Source: Vicugna vicugna
Taxonomy: Eukaryota
Length of the DNA: 64,000 nucleotides
NCBI GenBank assembly: GCA_013265495.1
Contig: MU058054.1
Location: forward strand, 124,001 to 188,000
Direction of reading: 5' to 3'
Every line of letters starts with the position of its first letter. The first letter of the stretch is position 1. The position numbers and the translations under genes were made by a program. The notes under the pieces were generated by a model. That model did no database searches, was not told the DNA's origin, and saw only the letters and a list, made by a program, of their open reading frames with translations. Shown piece after piece: positions 61,886 through 64,000 of this stretch.

Positions 61886-62603
61886 TCCTCAATATATGGA
61901 TATTATACGGTTTCTAGGATGGATAGTGAAGTGAAAAAAACAAGATACAGCACACGCAGATCAGAGTATAGAGGATGTTATTTTTCGTGACTGAAAAGGA
62001 GAGAAATTAAAAAAAATTTATATTTGCGTGAACTTGCACAAAACCAGTGAAATGATAAAGAAAAATGGTTACCTTTTGGACAAGAGTGGACAGGGATGGA
62101 ATGAAAATCAGACTTCTCACTGTGTACTTTCGAATATTATTTTTATTTTTAAACCAAACAAATGTATTGCCTACTCCATAAAATAGAATAAACCAAAATA
62201 AAACAAAAATTTTAAGAGAATAGAGAAAAAAGTCCGTGCAAGGATACACTCAGTATATGAATGTTAAGAATAGATCTTTCTTTCTTTGGGTTCTCATTGA
62301 CTCCCTACTAGATAAGGCAGGGTGTATAAATCGCCATGTTTCTTTTTGCCTTAGTTGCCTGGGAGGGCAGAGCAAAACTTAATGCCTACCTGCAGTACCT
62401 TCCATTTACCTAGGTTTCTAGTATGACACCTCCCCACAGTCCTGCTCCTCACCTGGCTTTTGGTAATTTATCCTTCTTTCTAACTTTCATTGTCAGCCCA
62501 CTCTAATCTTTTCTGAGGCAAAATAGTCAAAAAAAAAAAAAAAAGAAGAAACATAAAACACTTGATTGAAGAAGAAAAGAAAGCAGGCTCTCTTGCACAT
62601 TTT

Positions 62604-62754
62604 TCTTTCTTTCTTTCTTTTTTATATTTTTGGAGGGGAGGTGGTTAGGTTTATTTATTTATTATTATTACTTTTAATGGAGGTACTGGGGATCGAACCC
62701 AGGACCTCGTGCGTGCTAAGCTCTGCATTCTACCACTGAGCTATCCGCTCCCAT
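62604..62754 (-). mobile_element. vic-1-like SINE
   Basis: Reverse A/B boxes; TSD tctcttgcacatttt at 62589-62603 and 62755-62769. Confidence 0.9.
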
Positions 62755-63104
62755 TCTCTTGCACATTTTGGATAGCAGTTTAAAATGATCCACTCTTTTA
62801 AGAATGTCATTTTGAAACATCTATTAATTTTCTAAACGTACATGGTCTTTGATTCAGCAGTTCTTCCAGGAGTTTGTCTTACGTAAATACTTGCAAAAGT
62901 GAGTTAAAATTTAAATGCAAAGGTCACATTCATTGTTCATTATAAACAATAATGAAAAAATATAACCAATTCTAAGTGTGCATCAAAAGAGGAGTGGTTA
63001 AGCAAATTATGAGAAAACATGCAACAGTGAGAAAGAATGTGCTAGACCTATGTTTATTGACATGTAATGATGATCAAGTGTGAAATAACATGTCTTTTCA
63101 GTTA

Positions 63105-64000
63105 ATTAGGATCCCAAAGAGTTTTGTTATGTAGGTTTTACCTATGGGTATTTACCATGTTAGAAATGAAAACTGAGACATTTAAAAATGTACTTATTAA
63201 TTTGTTTAAAGTAACAATAATAAACTCATTACAAGTATACATAAGGTGCATCCTTTTTATAAAAAATGTACTATATCAAAACATAACTTAGTAGGAAGGT
63301 TCGCACTGTCTCACATTTCTGCAAATCTATTTAATATCTGGCTTAATTGGAGACAGTTGGATTCTCATATCTGCTTCTGCATTCAATTTGTTGTGATTTC
63401 TTGTTTTGGTTGACGTACAGGAAGAAAACCCAGCCTCATATTCATAAGTAGTCGGAAAAGGGAGGCTAATTTTAGTAGCCTTTTCAGATCTTCGCGGGTA
63501 TTCTTCTTGGAGAGTTCACCAAAATTCAACAGGTAGTCATTTCTCAAAGATCAGTTGCAAAGTGGATTCTGAAACCGTATCAATAAACTTTTCCTGCTCT
63601 GTTACATTAAAATCCATTGGTCTGTTGTCCACTTTGAATGAGTTCTTAACCCATGCAGGATTTAGGGGAAGGACAGGGGCGGGTATTGGTTATTCATTTA
63701 TTTACTTATTTACCTCTTACATTGTTTTTTAGTGGCAGTACTGGGGATTGAACCCAGGACCTCGTGTATGCTAAGCACGTGCTCTACCACTGAGCTGTAC
63801 ACCCTCCTCCTCCATGCATGATTTTGTAACATCATGCATTGGTCATCTGAAAACTATCCATTCACTGAGTCGTACAGATGTTGCAATTATTGACATATTT
63901 TATTAACAATAATATCATTTGTTAATATCACCATCAATCTCATCACTAAAGTCTTTGAGTGTTTGTAAGCTGTCAGCTCACAATGACAAATATGTCATAC
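63105..64000 (-). mobile_element. Charlie1a-like hAT transposon (runs off window end)
   Basis: Collinear with 22290-23010 (gacagttggattctcatatctgcttctgcattc, gccttttcagat, taagctgtca). Confidence 0.85.
63664..63811 (-). mobile_element. vic-1-like SINE inside Charlie1a
   Basis: Reverse A/B boxes; TSD ccatgca(g/t)gattt at 63651-63663 and 63812-63824. Confidence 0.9.

Overview
This is AT-rich, CpG-depleted mammalian nuclear DNA, not prokaryotic. About 13 copies of a tRNA-derived SINE resembling the camelid vic-1 family suggest a camelid source (alpaca, vicuna or camel). The window is dominated by transposable-element fossils: LINE-1 of several ages, L2, MIR, MaLR/ERVL and MER41-like ERV1 solo LTRs, and hAT and Tc1/mariner DNA transposons. 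It also holds microsatellites and an 87-N assembly gap flanked by a probable false duplication. I recognise no known protein-coding gene, RNA gene or CRISPR array, and I cannot support a new biological system. The best leads are: two MER41-like LTRs, one with an intact GAS (STAT) site; an L1 5'-UTR-only insert with no poly(A) between perfect 18-bp direct repeats; a 270-bp pure-purine (GAA)n tract inside a young L1; an RFX X-box/GC-box promoter-like island at 52.6-53.1 kb; and a speculative minus-strand three-exon ORF of 160 aa. Repeat family names come from recalled consensus similarity, not a RepeatMasker run. Boundaries are approximate unless target-site duplications (TSDs) are quoted.
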